A stretch of 64,000 nt of DNA, taken from the NCBI GenBank assembly GCA_037131955.1, contig JBAXQC010000001.1:46366-110365 (forward strand), written 5' to 3'. A model generated the notes under the pieces. It was not told the origin of the DNA and did no database searches. It worked only from the letters and a program-made list of their open reading frames with translations. The DNA comes from Bacteroidota bacterium (GTDB lineage: Bacteria; Bacteroidota; Bacteroidia; UBA4408). This document shows, one piece after another, positions 10,838 through 19,484 of this stretch (positions within the stretch are counted from its first letter, which is position 1; each line of letters opens with the position of its first letter). Both the position numbers and the translations under genes were made by a program.

Positions 10838-11560
10838 ATGGATAGCTCTATCTTTCATTTCAAACAATTTTCGGTTAAACAAGAAAAATCCGGATTAAAA
10901 ATTGGAACAGATGCCGTAATTCTTGGAGCTTTATCAGAGGTAAACCCAAATGTGGAATTAATTTTAGATGTGGGTACTGGAACCGGAGTAATTGCCCTTA
11001 TGGTAGCTCAAAAGATAAATAACAACTCAAAAATTATTGGAGTAGAGATAAACAAAAGCGCTGCACAAGAAGCCACTGAAAACTTTTTAAACAGCAAATG
11101 GAATCTTAATTTGACATGCTTAAACATTTCATTTCAAGAATTTTCCAAACACTATTATAAAAACATTGATCTTATACTATCCAATCCACCTTATTTTAAT
11201 AATTCATTAAAAAGTAAATCAGCAGAAAAAAGTACTGCTAAACATACTAATGAATTAAATTTTTATGAACTTATTGAAAACTCCTCTCAACTACTTTCTC
11301 CCGAAGGAGAATTGCATGTTATAATTCCTGCCAATGAGTTTGAAAATTTCTGCTCCATAGCCAATAAAAACAGACTTTTTGTAAAGAAAGTTGTTTGGAT
11401 AAAATCTACTGAGCTATCAAAAATAATAAGGGTAGTAATTTTTTTTTCCATTGTAAATTCAATAAAAACTGAACGTACAATTGTTATAAGAAACTCAGAA
11501 GACAACAACTACACAGACCAATATAAAATACTTACAAAAGAGTATTATTTAAATCTTTAG
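10838..11560 (+). CDS. tRNA1(Val) A37 N6-methyltransferase (TrmN6/YfiC family)
   Basis: FHFKQF, KIGTDAV, LDVGTGTG and SNPPYF motifs. Confidence 0.85.
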   Translation: MDSSIFHFKQFSVKQEKSGLKIGTDAVILGALSEVNPNVELILDVGTGTGVIALMVAQKINNNSKIIGVEINKSAAQEATENFLNSKWNLNLTCLNISFQEFSKHYYKNIDLILSNPPYFNNSLKSKSAEKSTAKHTNELNFYELIENSSQLLSPEGELHVIIPANEFENFCSIANKNRLFVKKVVWIKSTELSKIIRVVIFFSIVNSIKTERTIVIRNSEDNNYTDQYKILTKEYYLNL

Positions 11561-12666
11561 TTGTAAACTCTTACATTAAACACAAACTCCTGCATTTTTT
11601 TAATTTGCTTTGGTCTTTTTATACCATTTAAAAATGAAGATTTACTGAGAATTGGTTTTTCTAGTGTAGAATCATTTTCAATTTTTGAAACTATATCCAA
11701 AAGCAAGGCTGTTTTTATGGCAAATCCGGTAGCATCTTTTTCTGTTTGTTTTCCGGAGATTATTCCAATAATGTTTCCATCATTGTCTAAAAGCGGACCA
11801 CCGCTATTTCCCGGATTAATAGGAATAGAAATTTGATAAGAAGTAGAATCTCCGTTAAATCCATTATTAGAACTTATTGCACCTTCGCCATAAACTACCT
11901 CATCTTTAGGATAACCCAACGTAAATACATTTTCTCCTAGATCTACTTTTTTTGTTTTTAAAAAAAATGGGATCTTTTCCCATGAATTAAAACTCGAATC
12001 ATCAACCTTTAATATTGCAATGTCGTTTTGAGGATCTACCATTAATACTTTTACTCTTAATTTTTGATAAACAGAATTCTCTACAAAAACAGAATCGCCA
12101 CCCTTTACAACGTGATAACTTGTAACAATATATCCGTTGTTACTAATTGCAAATCCAGAGCCTCCAAAACTACTGATGGTTGTACTTCCTTTTTTCTCTG
12201 ATTCAACCTCTAAGTTTTGTACCAAAATATTATGGCTCTTTTTTATTCTATCTAAATCTCTTCTTAATGATTTAAAAGCAGAGTTTTTTATTCCTCCGTT
12301 AATGGCTTGGAAAGTAAAAACAGCGCCTAAACTTATAATTAATGCAACACTTGCCGCAACAGATGCTATCTTCCAATAAGAAATTTTTATTTCTTTAATT
12401 TCTCCAACTTCAGAAAATGATTCATCCTCTTTTTCTTCCACTTTTTCGAAAGAGAAATTATGCAAATGAATTTTATCCATCGAATTTTTTAATTTTTGTC
12501 TGTCCTTCATGAGCATAAAAGACTCAATCATTTTTGCATGATTTTCTGTAAAAATTAAAAGTTCTTCATCCTGTTCAAGCAAATGTTCAAATGCCACAGC
12601 ATCTTCTGGGCTCATTTCTCCCATTAGGTACTTTTCTATCTGCTCTAATTTATCTTCGTTTTTCAT
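11557..12666 (-). CDS. Anti-sigma-like N-terminus + TM helix + trypsin-like (S1C) serine protease
   Basis: IEKYLMGEM...FE N-terminus, one hydrophobic helix, catalytic triad TSYHVV / NDIAIL / GNSGGP. Confidence 0.85.
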   Translation of the reverse strand: MKNEDKLEQIEKYLMGEMSPEDAVAFEHLLEQDEELLIFTENHAKMIESFMLMKDRQKLKNSMDKIHLHNFSFEKVEEKEDESFSEVGEIKEIKISYWKIASVAASVALIISLGAVFTFQAINGGIKNSAFKSLRRDLDRIKKSHNILVQNLEVESEKKGSTTISSFGGSGFAISNNGYIVTSYHVVKGGDSVFVENSVYQKLRVKVLMVDPQNDIAILKVDDSSFNSWEKIPFFLKTKKVDLGENVFTLGYPKDEVVYGEGAISSNNGFNGDSTSYQISIPINPGNSGGPLLDNDGNIIGIISGKQTEKDATGFAIKTALLLDIVSKIENDSTLEKPILSKSSFLNGIKRPKQIKKMQEFVFNVRVYN

Positions 12667-12671
12667 TTTTT

Positions 12672-13244
12672 TTATTTCGTTTCAGAAAAATAAAATCTTC
12701 TGAGTCTCATTAAACACTTATATTTTTGAGTTTTTGCTGTATCTGAATTACTGTATCCAAATTTTTCAGTAATCTCAATTAAAGACATTTCATTTAAGTA
12801 AAAATCTTCAATTAAGGATTTACATGGCTCACCTAAGAATCCTAATGCAAAATTCATTTTTTTTATTTCTTCGTCTTTTTCAAAAGCATCCTTTAAATCT
12901 TCGGCTACTTCAAAAGTGTCTTCAGCATCATTAATACTTATATTGCTAAAGCCTTTGCCGTTTAATTTCTTTAGCCATAATCTTTTGGCTATTGAATAAA
13001 AGAATGTTTTTAAACTACATTGCAGTGGTTCAGGATTTGACTTTATTTTTTCGTATACAATTATCATCGTTTCCTGAAAAATATCCTTTGCCTCATCTTG
13101 GCTGCCTGAATTTTTACACACTAGGTTTTTAATTATTGGAAAGAACTTTTTATAAATTTCCTCAAGAACAATTCTGTTTCCGGATTTTATTCCGTCAATC
13201 AATTCTTTGTCAATTTCAACAACTAATTTTTGTTCCTTGTACAT
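12672..13244 (-). CDS. ECF RNA polymerase sigma factor
   Basis: EAKDIFQE region 2 and region 4 HTH ending TAKTQKYKCLMRLR. Confidence 0.9.
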   Translation of the reverse strand: MYKEQKLVVEIDKELIDGIKSGNRIVLEEIYKKFFPIIKNLVCKNSGSQDEAKDIFQETMIIVYEKIKSNPEPLQCSLKTFFYSIAKRLWLKKLNGKGFSNISINDAEDTFEVAEDLKDAFEKDEEIKKMNFALGFLGEPCKSLIEDFYLNEMSLIEITEKFGYSNSDTAKTQKYKCLMRLRRFYFSETK

Positions 13245-13276
13245 ATTAATTCCAGAAAATTAAAAAAGTAACCCAT
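13245..13276 (-). promoter_or_regulatory. Putative ECF-dependent promoter for the sigma operon
   Basis: ATGGGTTAC-N17-ATTAAT on the minus strand, mirrored by a divergent copy at 13381-13413. Confidence 0.45.
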
Positions 13277-13380
13277 TTGTGGCAATCAAAAATCGACATT
13301 TATTACAAATAAATAAATTTTATTCTTTTACAAAATTTATTTATCTCATATTCAAACTCTTACGGCCAATGTATTATTTC

Positions 13381-13413
13381 ATGGGTTACCTTTATTCCCA
13401 AAATGGCATTAAT
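13381..13413 (+). promoter_or_regulatory. Putative ECF-dependent promoter for the small lipoprotein
   Basis: ATGGGTTAC-N18-ATTAAT about 30 nt upstream of the ATG at 13443. Confidence 0.45.
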
Positions 13414-13442
13414 GAGTATAAAACCTAAAAACAAAAAACAAA

Positions 13443-13649
13443 ATGAAAAACTTATTTAAATTTTTTTTCGTAGCTGCTGTTATCGTTGCTACAACTGCTT
13501 GTGGTGCTAAAAAAGAAGAAGCTACTGAAGCTACTGCTGACACTACACAAATGGCTGAGCCAGCTGAAGCTACTGAAGTTGCTGCAGATACTGCTGCTCA
13601 TGCAGAAGAAGGTCACACTGAAGAAGGTCACGCTGAAGAAGCAAAATAA
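13443..13649 (+). CDS. Small acidic Ala/Glu/His-rich lipoprotein
   Basis: Signal peptide with lipobox TTA-C, A-rich leader, followed by a terminator. Confidence 0.85.
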   Translation: MKNLFKFFFVAAVIVATTACGAKKEEATEATADTTQMAEPAEATEVAADTAAHAEEGHTEEGHAEEAK

Positions 13650-13669
13650 TCTGAAATTAATTTCTAAAG

Positions 13670-13703
13670 AAAGCCTTGCCAATTTTGGTGAGGCTTTTTT
13701 TTT
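13670..13703 (+). terminator. Rho-independent terminator
   Basis: AAAGCCTTGCCA-att-TTGGTGAGGCTTT followed by a T run. Confidence 0.8.
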
Positions 13704-13792
13704 ATCAAAATTTTTTGCGTTGCCATGACTGACATTTATAATAATTGTAAAACAAAAGTTTATTCTTATAATTGTTTTTGATAAGATAATTT

Positions 13793-15076
13793 ATGGAACA
13801 ATTTACCGGTTTATTGGGAATAGTGTTAATACTAGGTTTGGCATTTTTAATGTCCAACAATAAAAAAAGAATAAATTATCGCCTAGTCATTTCTGGATTA
13901 GCCATACAGCTGGCAATGGCAATTTTCATATTAAAAGTTCCTATTGGCCAAGCTATGTTTTCTAAACTTGGGTATATTGTTACAAAGGTTCTTGACTTTT
14001 CTAATGAGGGAGCAAATTTTGTTTTTGGAATTTTAGTAAATGGAAAAAAACTAGACGAAGTTTTTGGAATAGGTAGCGGGTTTATATTTATTTTTAAAAT
14101 ACTTCCCACAATAATTTTTGTTAGTGTTCTTGTAAGCATTGCCTATCAAATTGGATTGATGCAACGAGTTGTAAGTGTAATTGCAAAAATAGTTCATAAA
14201 TTAATGGGAGTTAGCGGTAGTGAAGCCCTGAGTAATGTTGCCAGTGCATTTGTTGGACAAGTAGAAGCACAAATCATGATAAAACCATACATTGGAACAA
14301 TGACAAGGTCTGAGTTATTGGCCTCTATGAGCGGCAGTATGGCCTGTATAGCCGGTGGAGTTATGGCAGTATATATTGCAATGGGAGTTCCAGCCCCTTA
14401 TTTAATTGCAGCAAGTTTAATGGCTGCGCCTGGTGCATTGGTTATTTCAAAAATTGTTTTTCCGGAAGTTGAAGAATCACAAACAAAAGGCTCTGTGAAA
14501 TTGGAGATAAAAAAACAACATACCAATTTACTGGATGCTATTTCTCACGGTGCAGGAGATGGTCTAAAAGTAAGTTTAAACGTACTTGCAATGTTAATAG
14601 GTTTTATTGCATTAATTGCAATGGTAGATTATACTTTAGGATGGATTGGCAGAGGTTTAAGTGGAGCAAATATTTCTTTAGCATCCATAGGGATTGACGT
14701 TCAAAAATTAAGCATGAAGGAAATTTTAGGTTCTTTATTTTCAGTATTTGCATTTGCTATGGGCGTGCCTTCAAAAGATTTGCACGCAGTGGGTGGATTA
14801 TTGGGGACCAAAATTGTAATAAATGAGTTCGTGGCGTATAGCGATTTATCATCAATCATAAAGAGTGGTGCATTAAGTGCAAAATCAATTACAATTGTAA
14901 GTTTTGCATTGTGTGGTTTTGCCAATTTTTCTTCCATAGCAATTCAGGTTGGTGGAATTGGTGAACTTGCTCCCGAAAGAAGGTCAGATTTAGCAAAACT
15001 TGGCTTTAAAGCTTTAATTTGCGGAACTTTAGCCTCCTATTTAAGTGCTACAATTGCCGGCATTTTAATTACCTAA
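13793..15076 (+). CDS. nupC: CNT family Na+/nucleoside cotransporter
   Basis: FVGQVEA, NEFVAY and CGFANFSS motifs. Confidence 0.9.
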   Translation: MEQFTGLLGIVLILGLAFLMSNNKKRINYRLVISGLAIQLAMAIFILKVPIGQAMFSKLGYIVTKVLDFSNEGANFVFGILVNGKKLDEVFGIGSGFIFIFKILPTIIFVSVLVSIAYQIGLMQRVVSVIAKIVHKLMGVSGSEALSNVASAFVGQVEAQIMIKPYIGTMTRSELLASMSGSMACIAGGVMAVYIAMGVPAPYLIAASLMAAPGALVISKIVFPEVEESQTKGSVKLEIKKQHTNLLDAISHGAGDGLKVSLNVLAMLIGFIALIAMVDYTLGWIGRGLSGANISLASIGIDVQKLSMKEILGSLFSVFAFAMGVPSKDLHAVGGLLGTKIVINEFVAYSDLSSIIKSGALSAKSITIVSFALCGFANFSSIAIQVGGIGELAPERRSDLAKLGFKALICGTLASYLSATIAGILIT

Positions 15077-15157
15077 CAAGTTGTAGTGAAAAAGTAATCA
15101 CTTTTACTTCTAAATTCTCCTTTTTTACTTGGTAATTTTATCCAGCAATTTTTAATA

Positions 15158-16141
15158 ATGGATAAAAAACTAAACATAGGAGTATTTGGAGTAGGTCATT
15201 TGGGAAAAATTCACTCTAAATTAATTAAAGAAATTGATGGATATAATTTAGTTGGATTTTATGATCCTAACAATGAAAATGCAATAGATGCAGAAAATAT
15301 TTTAGGAGTAAAGAGGTTCACTAATCAAGAAGAATTAATTGATTTATGTGATTGTATAGATATTGTTAGTCCAACGCTCTATCATTACGAAGGAGCAGTT
15401 AAAGTTATTAAAAAATCAAAGCATATTTTTATAGAAAAGCCGTTAACTACAACAACTGATGAGGCAAAATCCTTGATTTCTTTGTGCAAGGAAGCAAACG
15501 TTAAAGTACAAGTAGGGCATGTAGAGAGATTTAATCCTGCATTTGAAGCTGCTGTAAATTATTTTGATAATCCAATGTTTATAGAAACTCACCGTTTGGC
15601 TCTATTTAACCCCAGAGGAACAGATGTTTCGGTGGTGTTAGATTTGATGATTCATGATATTGATATTGTTTTGGCCACCGTAAAATCTACTGTAAAAAAA
15701 ATAAGCGCCAGTGGTGTTGCAGTAGTTAGTTCCACACCAGATATTGCCAATGCAAGAATAGAGTTTAACAACGGTTGTGTGGCTAATTTAACAGCTAGCA
15801 GAATTTCTATGAAAAACATGAGAAAATCTAGATTTTTTCAGAAAGATGCATACATATCTGTTGACTTTTTAGAAAAACAAGCAAGTGTTGTAAAACTAAA
15901 AATGCTAGAAGGAGAAGCAGGACCATTTGATGTAACTATAGACCTTGGCGAAGGCAAAGGAACCAAACAATTGTATTTTGAAAATCCGGAAGTTAAACCA
16001 AACAACGCAATTAAAAAAGAATTGGAATCTTTTTGGGATAGCATTGTAAATAATTCTCCTATTGCAGTGCCAATTGAAGATGGATACAAAGCACTTGACA
16101 TTGCTTATGAAATTATTGAAAAACTAAAATTAAACAACTAG
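15158..16141 (+). CDS. Gfo/Idh/MocA oxidoreductase
   Basis: GVGHLG, IEKP, VGHVERFNP and DLMIHD motifs. Confidence 0.9.
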   Translation: MDKKLNIGVFGVGHLGKIHSKLIKEIDGYNLVGFYDPNNENAIDAENILGVKRFTNQEELIDLCDCIDIVSPTLYHYEGAVKVIKKSKHIFIEKPLTTTTDEAKSLISLCKEANVKVQVGHVERFNPAFEAAVNYFDNPMFIETHRLALFNPRGTDVSVVLDLMIHDIDIVLATVKSTVKKISASGVAVVSSTPDIANARIEFNNGCVANLTASRISMKNMRKSRFFQKDAYISVDFLEKQASVVKLKMLEGEAGPFDVTIDLGEGKGTKQLYFENPEVKPNNAIKKELESFWDSIVNNSPIAVPIEDGYKALDIAYEIIEKLKLNN

Positions 16142-16187
16142 TATTTTATAGGAAATCAAATCCATAAAATACTTAATTCATTAAAAT

Positions 16188-18254
16188 TTAATTTAATGCT
16201 GTATTCCTGTAGAATATATGCATGATTAAAAAGTGTGGTAAGCTTATACACGCCAAAAAAATAAAAAAATATCCTATTACACCTTCAGAACTATCCAATT
16301 TAATTTTACCAGGCAAGAGAAGTATCACAAATACCAATAAAGCTCCAATTGTATAAGGCAATGCCTTTTTGTACAAAGAAACTGAACTCATAGAAAGTCC
16401 CACTTGTAAGTGCCTCCAAGCATTATAACTGTGCTGAAAAATAAAATAAAGGGCAAAGGCAACTATCAATGGCAACTTAAGTCCAATAAGAAGTATAAAA
16501 ATTAGTGCCACATAAGACTGTTTTTTTCTTAATTGAATTTGAGATAAAATATAAACAAATGACAAAACTGCAAAAACATAAGTAATATCGCTAAATTCTT
16601 TGCCAAATGATTTTGCAAACTGCAAACCATTAATACTTGAAACAATTTCTATTGCTTCATTAAAATGTGTGAATATAATAAACGAAAGTATTGAGAAGCC
16701 CAATAGAATTGCTTTTAAATAGTAGGCGGTTGAAACAATCTTTATACCCATTTCTTCTAACTCAGATTCCCCAAAATGAAAAGAAGAGTATGCAACAAAA
16801 AATAGCAGCGAGAACAATGGGAGAAATTGCCAAACAATAAAGTAAAATACAACTATTAATAAATAGTTAAGAACAAATGATAACAAGGCTATCTTTTTAT
16901 CTTTTTGTAATAAATGATCAACTGCACCATGAGGAATTCCTATAAGAAGTAATCCAATTAAAATTACAACATAGCTGATGTTAACCGCTGTATCATTTGG
17001 TAAAAAAACAAATAAGAAATAAATTAATGCACTAACTGCTGCAAGTGCAAATCTGTACCAGCTTAATTTACGAATGTAAACATACAAGGCTCTTAGAAAT
17101 GGAATTATTGGTAGAGTAGAAAATATTTTAATTTCTTGGGAAAGTGAAGTTTTTTCATCCAAAAAAGTAAATATTCTATGAATCTTTTGTCTTTTAAACA
17201 ATTGTGTAAATATTTTATATCCTTTACCCGGCCAAAGCAAGAGAATAATTAATAAAAGATTATCATAAAATCGAAATCGCTTTTTTCGTTTAAGAGATAT
17301 TTGATTAAACAGTTTGAAGTTTTCGTCTTTAATTCTTTCGGTAACAATTTTAGCAAATTCATACATGTTTTTAATACCATATCCGGTGCTTGGCTTAATT
17401 AAATTTGCACTTGCACCAGTATTTAAAACACCTTTAAATTTGTTGTTCGGATTAATAAAGGTTGTCATTGGAATACAACCTGCTTCATCAGAAAGAATTT
17501 CATAATCTCCGTAACTGTTTTTTAACTTATTGTCTAATATTTTTTTTGCATATTCTATTTCAATTTTTTCTACACCAAATCTGGTTAACTCTACCAATGA
17601 TTCTCGAGTTGAAAATGGAAGTGTATATAGAAATTGTGTGTATTCATCCTGATCAACATTAAAATCCATCATCTGAAAAGTTCTTGGATTAAACACCTCA
17701 TTCTTGCACCTAATGTGCAAACCATAAAATGATTGATTTAAATATATATCATCTTTACTTATTTGGTTTGCTTGTGGAGGTCTGCTGTCAAAAATAAATC
17801 TTGATTTAAATTCACCACCATCAGTTTTTATCGTGTATAAATCATCATCGTTGCAAACAAGCTCCAAAACAGCTTTTCTATAAATTGAAATATTTGATTT
17901 TAATAAAGTTTCTAATGTTTGATTATATAAATCAATACTTTTAATGTAATAGTAGGGTTGATTTTCGATATTTTGTAATACCGAACCGTTCACTTCAATA
18001 GAAGTATAAGTATAACTGATTATTTGGTTTAAATCTTTTACAATCAGATCATTGGGAAGTGCCCAAAAACAATATGTTTTGTCATTCTTATCCTTTAAAT
18101 CGGGCTCTATGATTGCAATTTTTTTATTTACAACACAAGCTTCTTTTATTAACGACAATAGAATTAAACTATTACCAGCACCCAAACCAATAAAAATAAA
18201 ATCATACAATATTCCTTTATTTGAATCAGGCTGCTTAGCTTTTTGATTTTCCAC
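16188..18254 (-). CDS. Fused lycopene beta-cyclase (CrtY-type) / beta-carotene 15,15'-dioxygenase (Blh/Brp)
   Basis: N-terminal GLGAG FAD motif, DKTYCFW, MMDF and KPSTGYG; C-terminal multi-TM region with GIPHGAVDH, FHFGESE, QHS and SLPH histidines. Confidence 0.88.
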   Translation of the reverse strand: MENQKAKQPDSNKGILYDFIFIGLGAGNSLILLSLIKEACVVNKKIAIIEPDLKDKNDKTYCFWALPNDLIVKDLNQIISYTYTSIEVNGSVLQNIENQPYYYIKSIDLYNQTLETLLKSNISIYRKAVLELVCNDDDLYTIKTDGGEFKSRFIFDSRPPQANQISKDDIYLNQSFYGLHIRCKNEVFNPRTFQMMDFNVDQDEYTQFLYTLPFSTRESLVELTRFGVEKIEIEYAKKILDNKLKNSYGDYEILSDEAGCIPMTTFINPNNKFKGVLNTGASANLIKPSTGYGIKNMYEFAKIVTERIKDENFKLFNQISLKRKKRFRFYDNLLLIILLLWPGKGYKIFTQLFKRQKIHRIFTFLDEKTSLSQEIKIFSTLPIIPFLRALYVYIRKLSWYRFALAAVSALIYFLFVFLPNDTAVNISYVVILIGLLLIGIPHGAVDHLLQKDKKIALLSFVLNYLLIVVFYFIVWQFLPLFSLLFFVAYSSFHFGESELEEMGIKIVSTAYYLKAILLGFSILSFIIFTHFNEAIEIVSSINGLQFAKSFGKEFSDITYVFAVLSFVYILSQIQLRKKQSYVALIFILLIGLKLPLIVAFALYFIFQHSYNAWRHLQVGLSMSSVSLYKKALPYTIGALLVFVILLLPGKIKLDSSEGVIGYFFIFLACISLPHFLIMHIFYRNTALN

Positions 18255-18279
18255 TTTTTATAAATAAAGAAAGTTTAAT

Positions 18280-18324
18280 AAAAAAAGGAGGCTTTCAAGA
18301 AAATCTTGAGAGCCTCCTTTTTTT
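18280..18324. terminator. Bidirectional intrinsic terminator after the rhodopsin gene
   Basis: A7-GGAGGCTTTCAAGA-aaa-TCTTGAGAGCCTCC-T7. Confidence 0.85.
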
Positions 18325-18342
18325 AGAGCCACAATAGGAAAT

Positions 18343-19062
18343 TTAATCTTCGCTATTTCTGCTTAATGAATAAATCACTAAACCAAAGCCAATTTTGTTT
18401 ATTGCATCAGCAATATTATATACTATGTCCATTGCTTTTAAGGCCGTTGTAGTGTCGGACACTAATTGTATTCCAAACAATCCGCCTGGTGTACCTAAAA
18501 TGTAACCTAAAGGATAAATTGCCCATCCTACCAAAACAAACCATCCTAGGATTTTGGTTGCTTTCGCTACTTGAGTGCCTGCATTTTGAGCTAATTTAGC
18601 AACTTCACCAAACCACACTAGGTAAACTATGTAAAAATAAGCAGCACCAGAAATTACACCCCACAACACACTACCTTCTCTATCTAATACTTCGCCTATG
18701 TAACCTGTTACTAACATCACTAATGAGGCAAAAATTAGTTTCCATAACAATCCAATTTTTGCACCTGCTTTTTTGGTGATCAAGTAAAACTCTACACACA
18801 TCAATGGAACAGTAAGAATCCAGTCTACGTATCTAAAAAATGTTGGAGAATCTCCGGTTTCTAGGTTGTAACCTCTCATGTAGTAGTAGTGCACTGCAGC
18901 AATAAAAGTAATTAATCCTGACACCAAAACAGATGTTCTCCATTTTTGAGAGGTGTTGTTCAATTCAAAGAAGAAGAAAACTGATGCAGCCATCATGGCC
19001 ATAGTTCCGATGAAGAAGGTAAACGCAACGTAATTGTCGCTTGCAATTTTTAGATGTTCCAT
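18343..19062 (-). CDS. Proteorhodopsin (DTE proton pump, Met at the tuning site, green-absorbing type)
   Basis: Seven TM helices; RYVDWILTVPLMCVEF in helix C; AAVH; DAINKIGFG retinal Lys. Confidence 0.95.
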   Translation of the reverse strand: MEHLKIASDNYVAFTFFIGTMAMMAASVFFFFELNNTSQKWRTSVLVSGLITFIAAVHYYYMRGYNLETGDSPTFFRYVDWILTVPLMCVEFYLITKKAGAKIGLLWKLIFASLVMLVTGYIGEVLDREGSVLWGVISGAAYFYIVYLVWFGEVAKLAQNAGTQVAKATKILGWFVLVGWAIYPLGYILGTPGGLFGIQLVSDTTTALKAMDIVYNIADAINKIGFGLVIYSLSRNSED

Positions 19063-19484
19063 TTTTTGTTTTTTTAATTGTTAATGATTTTGTTTGATTT
19101 GTGTTAAATGATTTGTGTTAATCTTTTGCAAGAATAAATATTTAATTTTAAAAAACAACAAAATTTTAATTTTGTTTTGGCAATGTAAAAATTTTTTGTG
19201 ATTTAAATGAAAAGTATTAGTTATCAAAAATTTATTTTTTTACGATGGAAAAAGTAAATATTGCAATTGCTAAAAATGTTTTCTTTCAATTTAGTTTTCT
19301 TTTGTTTGACTTTTATTTAGGAAATAAATTTCTCTCCCTAATTCGTATAAATTTATTTGAAGTAAGTTCATTTATTGCCGTCTCTGTTTTAATTGCATTT
19401 TGTTGTTTACCTAATTCACGAAAAACAACTAAACACAAGTTGAAGAAAAATTTGAACTATTAAAACAAAAAAAAAGATATGTAT

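Noticed and set aside
13452-13728. Alternative-frame ORFs over the lipoprotein
   Set aside because: Shadows of the repetitive GCT/GAA-rich coding sequence; one runs through the terminator.
19245-19463. 72-aa plus-strand ORF
   Set aside because: Low-complexity AT-rich sequence with no recognisable motif; it could be a small membrane protein but I cannot support it.
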